From: a virus
Taxonomy: Duplodnaviria; Caudoviricetes
DNA length: 64,000 nucleotides
Direction: 5' to 3' (one strand)
IMG/VR virus record: IMGVR_UViG_3300029928_000003
The position numbers and the translations under genes were made by a program. Position 1 is the first letter of the stretch; every line of letters begins with the position of its first letter. A model generated the notes under the pieces. That model saw only the letters and a program-made list of their open reading frames with translations. It did not search any database and had not been told where the DNA came from. Positions 39,553 through 51,266 of the stretch are shown here, in pieces.

Positions 39553-39989
39553 ACTTCTTCGTACCAATCATTTTCTAAATTAGTTACTCTAGTATCTAAT
39601 GAAACTATATTACCGTTTAATTCAGAAATTCTAGAATTTAGATTACCCAAATTAGAATTTAAATTATTTATAGCTTCTTTTCTATCAGAAATTTCATCTT
39701 CAATACTATTATTTAATTCAGAAATAGTATTCTTTAATGTTTGCTAATTATCCAACACTTCCTTTAAAAATGGTTTAAATTCCAGAGAATCGCCATTTTT
39801 AACAACCCAGTAAAGCTACTGCTCATCACCAGTAACCACTTTAAATAATCCTGGGTGAAGAGTGGTTGCATTTACTTGGTCTTTATAAAATTCCTATAAG
39901 GCAGCTTCTGAATCAAATACATAATTGGCTTCTAAAGGATAATCTCCATTTCTTATGAAGCTGCCCATTATTTCACTATATTGACTCAT
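39549..39989 (-). CDS. Coiled-coil fibre protein
   Basis: MSQYSEIMGSFIRNGDYPLEA...heptads...LENDWYEEV*. Confidence 0.65.
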
Positions 39990-41758
39990 TTGCTTTTAAA
40001 ATTATAGGTTACTTCTTGATTTAAATTAGATAAAGCTTGTTTATATATATACATTGTATATATCACATCTTTGTTTAGTGCCGATACTTTTAATGGTATC
40101 TTATCAATTACATTAAAAGCTTCTATGCCAAAACCTTGTGCCGCAATCTATACTGAATCTAATTTAGGATAAGTTTCAGGAACTACTATAAATGGATGTC
40201 TTAAATCTTTATCAGTAAATACATATTTAAAAGTTACACTAGTTAAATCTTTTCCATAATTAAGGAATCTATTCTAAGTGCCGTCAATATCCTGACGCTA
40301 CAATTCTTTTAAATATTCCATAGACACCGTATATCCAAACTTCCACTTAGGTAAAAGCCCTACAAATATAGGAACATTACAAGTAACTGTTTTACTTTCT
40401 GAATGATTAGATCCATTAGTATAAGTTACTTTAAATGTAAATGTCGTATCTTCTAAAATTGGTTCACTATCCACTGTTATACATCCGTCCTTAAAATCAT
40501 TGCCATTAAAAGTATATATTACTTTATCTCCTTGATAAAGTTCCGCGATTTTAATAAGTCCAGTAGAACCACTTACACAAATTGTAACTGGGCAAGTTTC
40601 GCCAGCTATTACTGAACCAGGTACTGTAAGACTGATACCACTTCCATAAAATATAGCATCACATACTTGTTGTAATGTCATAGAATCTGGTACAGGAGTA
40701 TTGTCTTCTAAGAAACCTACAGTAGACTATACAGGTCCAGAAGTTTTCCAAATAGGCTATAGTTTATTAATAGTCTTATTTACCTCTTGTACTTTTTCTT
40801 CTACTTGGTGTAATGTTACTAAGTCTTGAGGTTTTACTGCATCAACTCCAGATTGAGGATTTTTAAATACGGTAGTCCCATCCTATTTAATATATTCCTT
40901 CTTAACTATATCAAGTATATGATGAGGGTCTATCGCACTTAAGTGATCTGCAATTACCTCCTCAGCGGCATCTGAAACTAGCTGATGTATAATTAAATCT
41001 ATTTGCTATTTGGAATAAGTCTAATCTCTATTATAAACATTAGCTGTTTTAGCATAAAATGCTAATTTATTATTAAGTATACTAGTAAATCCATGAGGAT
41101 CTACTGTAGCTAAATGTTTCTACATCGTCTAATCTACATATCTTTTAGTAGATAGATGATCATTTAATACTGGATCTTTACCAGACTACGTACTAGTAAA
41201 TGGTGTGGACCCATCTAATTTAACATAAGCTTTATTTTGCTTATTTATTTCATCTTGCGTATATAACTAATCTTTCAAATATACTTGAGAATATTTAACA
41301 TATTGCTAAAGCATATTCTCTATTTCTGGTATAATTCTATGAGGATCAGTTTTTCCTAAATGCTCTTTTAAAACATTTTCAACAAATCTTTTAGTAGCTA
41401 GATGAAAATCTTGTACTGGGTCTACTCCTTCTTGGGGATTAGTAAAAGGAACACTTCCATCATTTTTAATTACCCCATCAATCATCTTTATTACCTGTGG
41501 TAATATTTTATGAGGATCTGAAGTATTAAGATGTTGATTTAATGTTTTATTAATAGCTTGATCTAGTAATGAATCTGATTCCTCTTTAGTATAAACTGCG
41601 TCTTTCGACTATACTCCTAAATTAGACCGTACTATAGCTTTCTCATCCTCAGTGGAGAACTCAGAAAGATAATTTTCTTTCTGTAAGTAATCTACCGATG
41701 GTTGTTCTGGAGTAATTATAGGTTGATCTTCTTCAGGTGTTAAGATTGTATTTGCCAT
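39986..41758 (-). CDS. Tail fibre/hub protein with internal repeats (590 aa)
   Basis: Three DG-x-P/V-F..Q-x-G-x-D..HLxTKR[FY]V-type repeats and four DPH motifs. Confidence 0.7.
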
Positions 41759-41949
41759 AAGTTATTTAAATAATATTGTAAAATAACTTCAGATAGTTTA
41801 TCTTCAAGTTCGTTATTACTTATCAAATTTATAACAGATATTTCCTCAAGAATAAACTCATAATCCTATTTATAGCCTTTACTAAGTTTTCTTAGTAATT
41901 GGTTAAAATCACACACAGTTTTCTTTTTTAATTTATTTAGAGCATCCAC
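41740..41949 (-). CDS. Small hypothetical protein
   Basis: GTG start overlapping upstream gene; DALNKLKKKTVCDF... Confidence 0.5.
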
Positions 41950-42673
41950 ATCCGCTACTATTTATTCTATTGGTTTGATTCTGTTCGTTATTACAGATCC
42001 CATTACATGAAGTTACTTGTTCTATAATTCGTTCTGCTTCGTCTAATTGATTTAAATCGGTCATATATTTAACAATATTCATTGCCATCCAAGCTAAATC
42101 TCTTTTATATACTAATTCACTATCAATTGTATTTTTATTAGAACAAGCAGTAATGTTTCTGTTATTAAATATCTATTTGCACAAATTTATATAACACTAT
42201 CTTAAATAACAAATTGAAACATAATTTTTATTAATTATTGATATAGTAGTGTTAGTAGGATTTATCTATATAACTTCATTTATTGTAGCGGATTCAATTT
42301 GGCCATTAACTAGTTTATAGATATTTCCACTATCTTCAAAATAGATATTAGAATATAAAGCAAAAGCAGACCCGTGCTGTTTATTATTTTCTTTATCATA
42401 CCATTTCTTATTAGGTAATACTACATAATATATAGTAAAATAACCATCAAAAGTAATTGGTACGTTAATATTATTAATATTAGAATAATATGTAGGATCT
42501 TTTAGTTCAGTTCCTGCAATTTTATTATGCTATAATATTACAATAGAAGTAGTTTCGGAATGTTTAAATTTTCCTTTAGCAATATTAGTTGCATCTTCAG
42601 GAAGATACTATGAATTATCTTGGATAATTACTTTACAATTTTTATCTGTATCTATGTTAATATTTAAATTCAT
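41933..42673 (-). CDS. Neck/ring-like protein following portal
   Basis: MNLNINIDTDKNCKV..DGYFTIYYVVLP..SICYLRQCY..C-terminal GCGCSK. Confidence 0.65.
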
Positions 42674-44862
42674 GATCCAATTTGTCTTATTTTATCATTA
42701 TAAGGATTTCCGTCATATAACTAAGCAATTTCTGCTTTGGTTCTCTTCTTAGCTTCCTCGGCCATAGTTTCTTTATAATTACGTTCAGTTTGCGCTTTAA
42801 ACCAATCAAGCTAATTCTCCATCTGCATTTTCTATTGTTCTAATTGAAGTTTAGCCTAGTTAATTTGTTCTATTTTCTGCTGTGCTTTTTGTAATTCTTG
42901 AGTTGCCTATTTAGCTTGCTAAGATAATTCTTCTATCTACTACTATTGTTTTTGCATAATATTATTCTCATCTTTCTATTTCTATAAAGCTTTACGTACT
43001 ATTAATTTTATATCAGTAACACTTTTACAAGTAAGAGCTTCAAATATTATATCTGGAGCCATAGAACCATTTTTAATAAATTCTGGAATAATAGATTTAA
43101 TATATTCCAAATCTTTCATTACATCACTACTTGTAGTAATACGAATATCATGGTCTGTTATTGTAAAATATTCTGGAAGTGCAGTAAATATCTTTTGATA
43201 TTTTTCTCCTAAAATTAATGTACCTGTTAAGCCATTTTTAAATACTATTTTTGCAGTATTTAAACAATCTAATAGGATTTCATTAACTACTAAGTCCATC
43301 TAATGATAGTACTACTTAGTAATAATAAATGAATTATTCTATCCTACTCGTATATTGGAAACCGCATCATACTATTGTATTCCATTAAGTCTTTCTCTAA
43401 AGACTCCTGTAATAGAAGATGCGGTAGATTCAATTTGTTCTATAGCTAATTGTATAGCCTATATAGCCTATACTCTTACAGTGTCATCATACCCATTAAA
43501 TATAGTATTTAATGTTGAAGGAGAAGACCCAAGTCTTCCTTCCTATGAAGAATCAATAGGAGCAATACCAGACTTTTTATATGCTATAAACTTCTATAAT
43601 TTTTCTGCTGTATCATGTCCTAAAAAGTTAGGAAGCATAGATACATCAACGAAATCTCCTACAGTACCACTATTAGCAATAAGATTGTCTCTGTAGAAAT
43701 TTAGTATATCATACTTATCCTGCAAGTGGGCGCAGGCCAAGACCAATGAATATGGCTGCGAACCCCTATTTAAGAAATAAATACCATTTACAGATAATCC
43801 ACAATACGATGGATTAGATTGACTTCTAATTACGTGTTCATCTTTTCCTTTTAAAATGTAGACGCTCTATCCGATACGAATTGTTTCATATCGCTACATA
43901 ATAAAATCAGAATCTGTTTCAATCCATTCTACTTCATATACAGGTATTAAATCATGCTATTTGCCAAATGTAGTAGTTGGATAACCAGGCACAATCAACT
44001 CTTTACCTGCTTTTATACCATCTGTAGATGGAATACCTTGATTAGCCAATGTTCTTACATAATAAGTAGCTTCATCATAAACCGTTTCCCACTTCTCATT
44101 TATTAAATCTATATCTCTCTTAGATAATTCTCTACCATATAAATTCAGGATTTGATTTTTACTCATCCATTTTCTAACCACAACTCGGTAGGAATTTTTG
44201 ATATAAGGAGATTCAGGATTACGATCTGGAAACACATTTAAAGGACTAAGTGCCTCTATCTTTACATTATTCTTTTCTACCGTAGGATGTACTTTATAAT
44301 AAGTATATCCTGTAATAAGTAAATCTAGTATAAGATCTCGTAGCACAGTCATCATATCTGTATCTCTTGACTACATTATATATTCAAGAACATTCTAAGC
44401 AGCAATCTCGTATTCTGAAATGAAATTAGTATTTATATCTTCTATAAGTCTTTTTAACTATTCTTCTATAGCACCATCTGTAATTGATTTCCCATCTATA
44501 AAACGTAATATAGATTTCTTTAGATCTGATTTAAGAAATTGTTGTATTTCTTTTTCAATCTTTAATTGCTTCTCCCTATCTATATTATTTAAAGTTTTTG
44601 AATCTTTACAATATACTTTAGGTATAATAGGAGTTCCAAGATATTCACCTATTAAAGCATCAATATGTTTCTTTATAAGTGGTGTAAACTCTATTGAAGT
44701 AGGATTACCTATTCCAAAGTTCTCTTCTAGATATCTGAACTATTCTTCATCCCGAACCCCATTATAATAATTATAGGCTTTCTATAATTCCCATTTAGGA
44801 TAGACTAGCTCATTTATAGCCCTGTCTGTTTTGTCTATTAATTCTTCATTTGACAGCTGCAT
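42670..44862 (-). CDS. Portal protein (730 aa)
   Basis: AYNYYNG..ENFGIGNPTSIEFTPLIKKHIDALIGE..LSVNGIYFL..DKYDILNFYRDNLIA; directly downstream of terL. Confidence 0.85.
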
Positions 44863-45152
44863 GATTTATTTATATTATGAGTACATAAATCATCTGGTTC
44901 ATATTTATAACCTGTAAAATATTTAACCAGATCAAAATGTCTATCTCTAAGTTCTTTTTTAATAAATTCTAAAAAATGCTTATCGTCTAGATCTGCTGAA
45001 ATAGTAATAGGCATATCTGGTTTATTAAAACCCATTTTTAAAGTATATCCATTAGGTAATTGAACTACTTTTATATTACCTATGTACTTCTTGTGATAAA
45101 TATCCTATACGGCTTCTAGGATCGCTTGTTCCAGTTTCTGCGTAGTCATCAT
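44838..45152 (-). CDS. Small conserved protein between terL and portal
   Basis: MMTTQKLEQAILEAVQDIYHKKYIG..; overlaps both neighbours. Confidence 0.65.
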
Positions 45153-48100
45153 AAGCATTAAACTAATTATTATTTTGAATAGAATTTTTTATTTTGGGTA
45201 TTTTACCTTTTCTTTTATAACCAAATTCATCAATATAGTATCCAATATCATACCATTCTTCATTATTATTAGAAATTTTTCTAGGTATAGTTCCAGATAA
45301 TTCTTCATCTGCTAGCATTGCCATACCAAATGCGGCAATAATATCAAACTTACGTTTATTCTCGTCAGTATACCTGTTTAATTCGTCAAGTATTTCTTCA
45401 AACCAAATCTCATGACAGTAATCATTTACATAATCTGCAATAAGATCAGTTTGGTGTGAAATAATCGTAGATGTGGCTGGGGTACCATATTGACTTGTTT
45501 TTCCCTTAGTTATGTCTGTTAAAGTAGCCCTAGGTCTCTTCATAAAGTACTATAAATAATGCTAATTTCTAGCCCAACCTAAAAGACTTACACGCGTTGC
45601 TTCAAGATTAATTAAAGCATTATAATATTGAGCTAACTTAATAGCTATTTTGTGAGCATCTCTTAAGTCATTTGGCCTGTCTTTATAAAGAGCTACTATC
45701 TATGGATTCTATAAGCCATAGACTCTTTTATATACAACTATACAAAAATCTGAAGGATCTCTTGTAAATTCTGAGGTTTGACTTGCTCCAATATCTATAC
45801 CGTCAATACCTATTACATATAATCCCTCCATTTCTTCTACTTTAGGTCTTATAATGTTTCCAGATTCCTCATCTCTTATTGGTTCTAATGTCCATAAAGG
45901 ATGTTCTAATATTTTTAATTTACTAGTAGGATCTGGTTTCCATTGAATTCCAGTAACATTTTGTTGAGTATGTATATTATTTTTAAAAATATATTCTAAT
46001 CGCCCAGCTTCTATCTTTGGGCATTTCTTTAAAACTCTTATCTAAGCTAATTGCTCAGCTATATTTACTTTATTAAATTTATTATCACCTTCAAGATTAA
46101 ATGCTTCTTCTGGATTGTAACAATACTCGGCAGCAAAAGTTATTAATTCTTTAGGACTATCAATAAATCTAGCACGTTGTTTATCGTAGTATTCTTTTCC
46201 TTTTTCTGGGGAGGTATATCCACGATTATCCATATACTCTCCTTTTACAATAGAAAAAGCTGGAAGGAAAAAACCAGTTAAAACTTCTTCTCCTGTTTGT
46301 GAATAGTGGTGTTTATAAGGTAAGACATTAAAAGCGTTTGGGTCATAGAAAATTGTTCGTAAACCTTCTAATTTGGCTCCTGAATCGCCTCCAGTCAATG
46401 TGTTATCGTTAAGTTTTTTATCTTAACTTCTTATAATTTGATTTTTATAAGTTCAGCGTACATTTTCATTTAATTAAATGTCGGGCACTCTTGCTAGTAT
46501 TATATTCTTAATAAGTTTCAACTAGTACGCGTTACGGTGACTAATATTATTACATATTAGTTTACCTCGGTATTCCCATCGCAGGGTTCACCGATTTTGC
46601 CCAATTTTAATGCGGCAAATTTATTAATATATATATTATATTTACGATCCAAATATATTGTAGCATTTTTATAAAGTAGATCTGCGGCTCTATGTGCTTT
46701 ACTAGTACTATAACTTAATCTGTAAGTATTTTTATTACAGTTTGTTTTCTACATTAGAAATCCTTTTCCTAAGTATTTCTATACACCCTCTAAAAAATTT
46801 TTAGTACCGACTATTAATAAGGATTCTTCTAATTTTGGGTTCTTTTTACTATGAGGATATACACCTAAAGAACCGTTCCCATCTACATATCCACGTATAA
46901 AATCATATATTAACTATCTATTTTTAAAAATATTGTCCGGCGGAAATGTTAAAATTAAAGATTTGTTTGGAACACATCCTTTAGATATTAGACTATTCCA
47001 TAACTATTCATTTGTTATCTATGTACTTACCATATACATAGTATCTCCATTTTTGTCAGTATGTTCTTTACTTCCAAATTGATAGGTTTCAGTTATATTT
47101 AAACCTTTTTTGTAATTTAAAGCCTTATTATATTTTTTAAGATGTTCAATGTCTTTTAACGATATATTTAAACTTACTGTAAATTTTTTTGCACAAACAC
47201 AGCCATTAGCATACATAAATCCTAACCAATATGCCTTTTCTTCCGTATCAATAACATCAAAAAAATCTTTATTAAATTCGGATTTATTTCTATTAGCAAC
47301 AATTTCAATATTATTAATTTTTAAATATTTAGTAAGAGTTTTTCTATTAATACCATATTTGGCAGCTATAGATACAATACTTCTATCATATATTGCAGTA
47401 TTCAAGTATTCCTAAATTGCTAAAGCTATTACCTACTTTTTGTATTCTGTTTTAGAAACCTCTTCTATATTATTAATTTTTAATTCATCTACAGCTTTAT
47501 TTAAATTACTTTTATTGTTAATTCTTTTTATAGAAAGTCCTTTACTTTTTAAAAAATTACTTATAGTAGAAATACTTATTTTATATTGCTTACTTAAAGT
47601 AGTTAAACTAATTTTATTTTCTTTATATATTTCAAATATTTTATTTAATCGTATATTACGTTCTTCTTTTGTCATACCAGTTATTTTTAGTATTTAAAAT
47701 GTACTTGTTAATAATATATATATATAATAAACTATAAGGTTATCTACCGCCTATAACCTTATAACCGAACTATTCACCCTAAATATGTATTAAAGCATCT
47801 CCTTGAATAAAAGCTTTAGTAGAATTTAACCAGCTTCCCCCCTCTTCATATAAAAGTAAATCACAACGATCACCTCTAATTTTATTAGGGGTGTCTGCGA
47901 TAATTCCTTTAATTACGGACTTACTACCAGATTCAATGTCAATACCATTACGAGATTCTTTATAAGAAGCTTTTCTTTTCATAGCAGTATTAACTACTTG
48001 GGCTAACTGAGAAAAACCATTACCAGTACTATCATTCAAAAATGATAAAGCATTCCATACTTTAGATAGAGTATCTTCTACATATTTAGCTAAATTTGCA

Positions 48101-48777
48101 GCTATTACAGTATTTGAATTATTACGTACTGTATACATATTAGCTGCTAAAGACGCATTCATTTCAGAAAAACCTAATCCTCTGGCCTTCATTAGAGCTG
48201 CATTCTTTCTAAGTCTTTTACACATTTCCAGATAATGAAACCATTGATACTGGGCTACATAAAAATCAGGAAAATCAATAGCCCTGCCAACACCTGCTTT
48301 AGCTGTTTTGAGATTTGGTAATCTATAGAAATTTAGAAAGAAATAATGATCTCCAGTTATTGTATAACCATGAGAGGTCATACCATTTCTACATCTATCA
48401 AACTATGTATCCCAAAACTACTTAAATGCTCTAGATTTAAATTTTGCAGCACAATATTTTCCTGTTCTATTAAATGTTTCTCTAGTTTCTAAAAACCATC
48501 CTGGATTAAAATCTAATCCATGTGTATCATCAATTGGTTTATATCCTGTTAATTCATAAGAAAGAGTTGGATCAAAATACTCAATAGCAACTTCTTTAGG
48601 AATATCCCACTCTCTATTATCCTCTAAAGACTATTTAGCTTCTTGGATTACTTCAGTAATATCTGAATTTTCTTTATCCTTAACATCATCTATTATCTAT
48701 TGAATTTCTTGAGGAAGTTGTGTTTTACGCGGCCGACCCCTTTTGCGTTTAATTGGTTTAGTCTGGTCTATATCCAT
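45076..48777 (-). CDS. terL: Terminase large subunit, 2 exons (47746-48777, 45076-46395)
   Basis: Walker A MKARGLGFSE, Walker B LLLYEEGG, junction IGG|TGGD, nuclease YVIGIDGID..SDF..KFDIIAA. Confidence 0.9.
46396..47745 (-). mobile_element. Group I intron in terL with ORF in the P1 loop
   Basis: 5' exon ends GGCGGU, putative IGS GCCGC at 46616-46612, core AAAATCGGTGAA..ATACCGAG..GTAACGCGTA..GTACGCTGAAC, terminal G at 46396; P10 pairing is weak. Confidence 0.85.
46557..47675 (-). CDS. Intron-encoded HTH + double LAGLIDADG protein (both catalytic Asp changed to Asn)
   Basis: AYWLGFMYANG and FIRGYVDGNGS motifs; 372 aa open with 7 TAG=Gln. Confidence 0.85.
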
Positions 48778-49342
48778 TTACAGCACCTCCTCTAATATTT
48801 GATTCTTCAGAAAGATCTCTTTTTACTTCATTTTCCAAAGCTTTTAATTCTTCATGTACTTTAGATAATGAAGATACTTCCTAAATAATATCTTTAGTTT
48901 TAAATACTGGTTTACCATTAGCATCACGCTCTGATAAATCTACGATAGTATTAAAGTAATCAATAAAATTATCTACAGTATTCTAAGCCGCCTATAGCAT
49001 TTTTATAGATCTATTAGATTCTTGTATAGCTCTGTACTTTCTACAAGCAGCTCGAAAAACTGGGTCATTAAATTCTTCTTCAGTTAGCTAAGAATCTGTT
49101 AAAGCTTCCTAGTGCCTTTCCTATTCTGGGAAATCTGCATAAGGACTTTTCCAATCTAAAGCTAACCATATATAAGTAAATTCTCTAAACGCTTTAAGAC
49201 ATTTTAAACCCTTTGGGTCTTCTTTGCATATATTCCGATCATATTTTACTAATTCCGCAAATTCCTTTACAAGAAGAATTTCTGGCATATTCAATTCTAC
49301 TCTATTTACACTATCGTCATATTGGAATATATTTCGTATCAT
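48758..49342 (-). CDS. Conserved protein upstream of terL (terminase small subunit candidate)
   Basis: Helical 194-aa protein overlapping terL start; ends NIRGG motif. Confidence 0.6.
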
Positions 49343-49344
49343 GA

Positions 49345-50067
49345 TTATCTTCTAGGCTTACTTACAGATTTAGCTTCATCAAATCTTCGTTTTAATCTTC
49401 TAAATTCTTGTGGGTCTTGACTTTTATAAACTGGCTAAGCTATCTCTACCCACGGACGGTGCGCAGGTATTTCTGATGCTATGCTATCACGTAAACCCTC
49501 ACTATACCCCACAGCTATATGAGAAGGCATCATTAAAACACTCCCATCCGCACCCTCTACTGACTAATATTTCTCCCGAGGCCGTCCAATCTTAGGGACG
49601 ATAATCAACGCGCCGGTATCATATTCAGGATTTAAAGTGGCCTAGAAATCTCTATATGTACCCCCTCTATATCTTTCTTTTGCAGAAGGTGCAGTAGGGA
49701 GTTCTTTGCCATTCTTGAATTTCTTCATCCTATGTTTACTCTTAAAGTCTTCAATAGGATTCTTGGAAAAGTTTTTACCTTGTTCCATCTTTTGGCATTT
49801 CTTACAAATCCTACCCCCCATCTTATAATATACCATTTGAGAGCCTTCGGGGCATACGCCACGTAATCTTTCAATATAGTTTAGCTTAGCTCCAAATTTA
49901 GCAGCCTATACTTGCTATTGTTGGAGTTCCTAAATAAATTCCTAGTATTCTTTTTTAAGACCTTCTTCTCCAAGATTTTTAACATATTGTTCAAATTCTT
50001 GTTCTGTTTTTGCCCCAGACTTCTGCTGAAGGTATTGCATAAATGCTTGTTGTATTTGTTCGTCCAT
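49345..50067 (-). CDS. Hypothetical protein with CPEG/CxxC and KxGG motifs
   Basis: MDEQIQQAFMQYL..AAKFGAKLNYI..GVCPEG..YYKMGGRICKKC. Confidence 0.65.
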
Positions 50068-50069
50068 AT

Positions 50070-50285
50070 TTATTCTACTAAAATAAGATCCTTAGTATTC
50101 CATATACTTTCTTGTAATTCTCCTGTAGTAGTAAACCACCTGCACCTAATTCCTCTAAGAGTATTCTTTTCTGAATTCTTAATAAGTGCAGTTTCTTTCT
50201 TTACTACTATCATTAAAGGTTTATTTGGGATATCCTACTTTAATTGTACAATATCCCCAGGGTGATAAAAAACTGTATCTTCCAT
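50070..50285 (-). CDS. Small YodC/DUF2158-like protein
   Basis: PGDIVQLKQ..PLMIV..IRCRWF..GELQ. Confidence 0.6.
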
Positions 50286-50881
50286 TACTTATTAATATTA
50301 TTAAATCGTTTAGTTAAATCTTCATTTACTACTGCTATAATTTGACTTTCAGCTACTGTAAATAATCCTTGCCCAAAGAAAGGAACAGGAACTGCAGCAG
50401 CTTTTTGATAATATACAGCATCACCCTCTTGTAAATATTTACATTCTGAGCCAACATCAAATACTGTGCCAACCCCAATTGAAGACTATTTAAGTTCCCA
50501 TTGACCAGAATCATTTGAAAATGCTTCAGGTTCTAAACCTCCAGTATCAACAATAATACCATTCTTTACTTTAATTTGTTGGAAGGGATTAATTTCAAAA
50601 GGCTTAATAAGAACCCTTGTTAACATTGGTTTAATCTCAACATTATTAAGATTCTTTTTAATACTTTCAGTATATTGTTTAAGTATGTCCGCGTGTTTGT
50701 CGATACGTTCCATATAATCACCAACTTCTTGATTAAATTTAGCAGCTTTCTATTTAGCCACCATATCCTCAAGAGAATTTTCTGTATTCATAGCAAAGTG
50801 GGTTGCTTTTGATTCTAACCCAGTTATACCCCTTGCTATTTTTTCATTATCAGTTAAATTAAGTCTTACGTTTTTACTCAT
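50285..50881 (-). CDS. GroES-like co-chaperonin with N-terminal extension
   Basis: IKPMLTRVLIKP..GII..GTVFDVG..LQEGDAVYY..ESQIIAVV. Confidence 0.7.
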
Positions 50882-50895
50882 AAATCATTTAAATA

Positions 50896-51165
50896 TTACC
50901 ATTTTCCCGCAGGACATTTTGCATTAGCAAGTTTAGTTTTAGCTTGTAGTCTGCAATTACATCCTCGTATATAACCATCTTTTTCTTCTATACTAACATC
51001 TTCAGTCTCGGGATTTAACCACAACTTTCTATTACAAATACCGCCAAGACTTTCTAAGTATAAAGGACAATCTTTACATATCTTTAAACGCCCTTCAGAT
51101 ATATCTTTATTAAGCCCCAATACTTCACTTATATGACCTTTAACAATTTGTCCAATTTCAAGCAT
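50896..51165 (-). CDS. Small Zn-finger protein
   Basis: CKDCP..C..GCNCRL..CPAGKW. Confidence 0.75.
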   Translation of the reverse strand: MLEIGQIVKGHISEVLGLNKDISEGRLKICKDCPLYLESLGGICNRKLWLNPETEDVSIEEKDGYIRGCNCRLQAKTKLANAKCPAGKW

Positions 51166-51266
51166 AATATATTTAAATTTTAAATAGATATTAACATTAA
51201 AGTAATACGGGGTGATATAAACTTCATAATGAGTTTGAAAATATCCTTTATGTTAATAATATATTG

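Noticed and set aside
30397-41758. Diversity-generating retroelement or invertible receptor-switching system
   Set aside because: No reverse transcriptase, recombinase, TR/VR pair or flanking inverted repeats were noticed in this window
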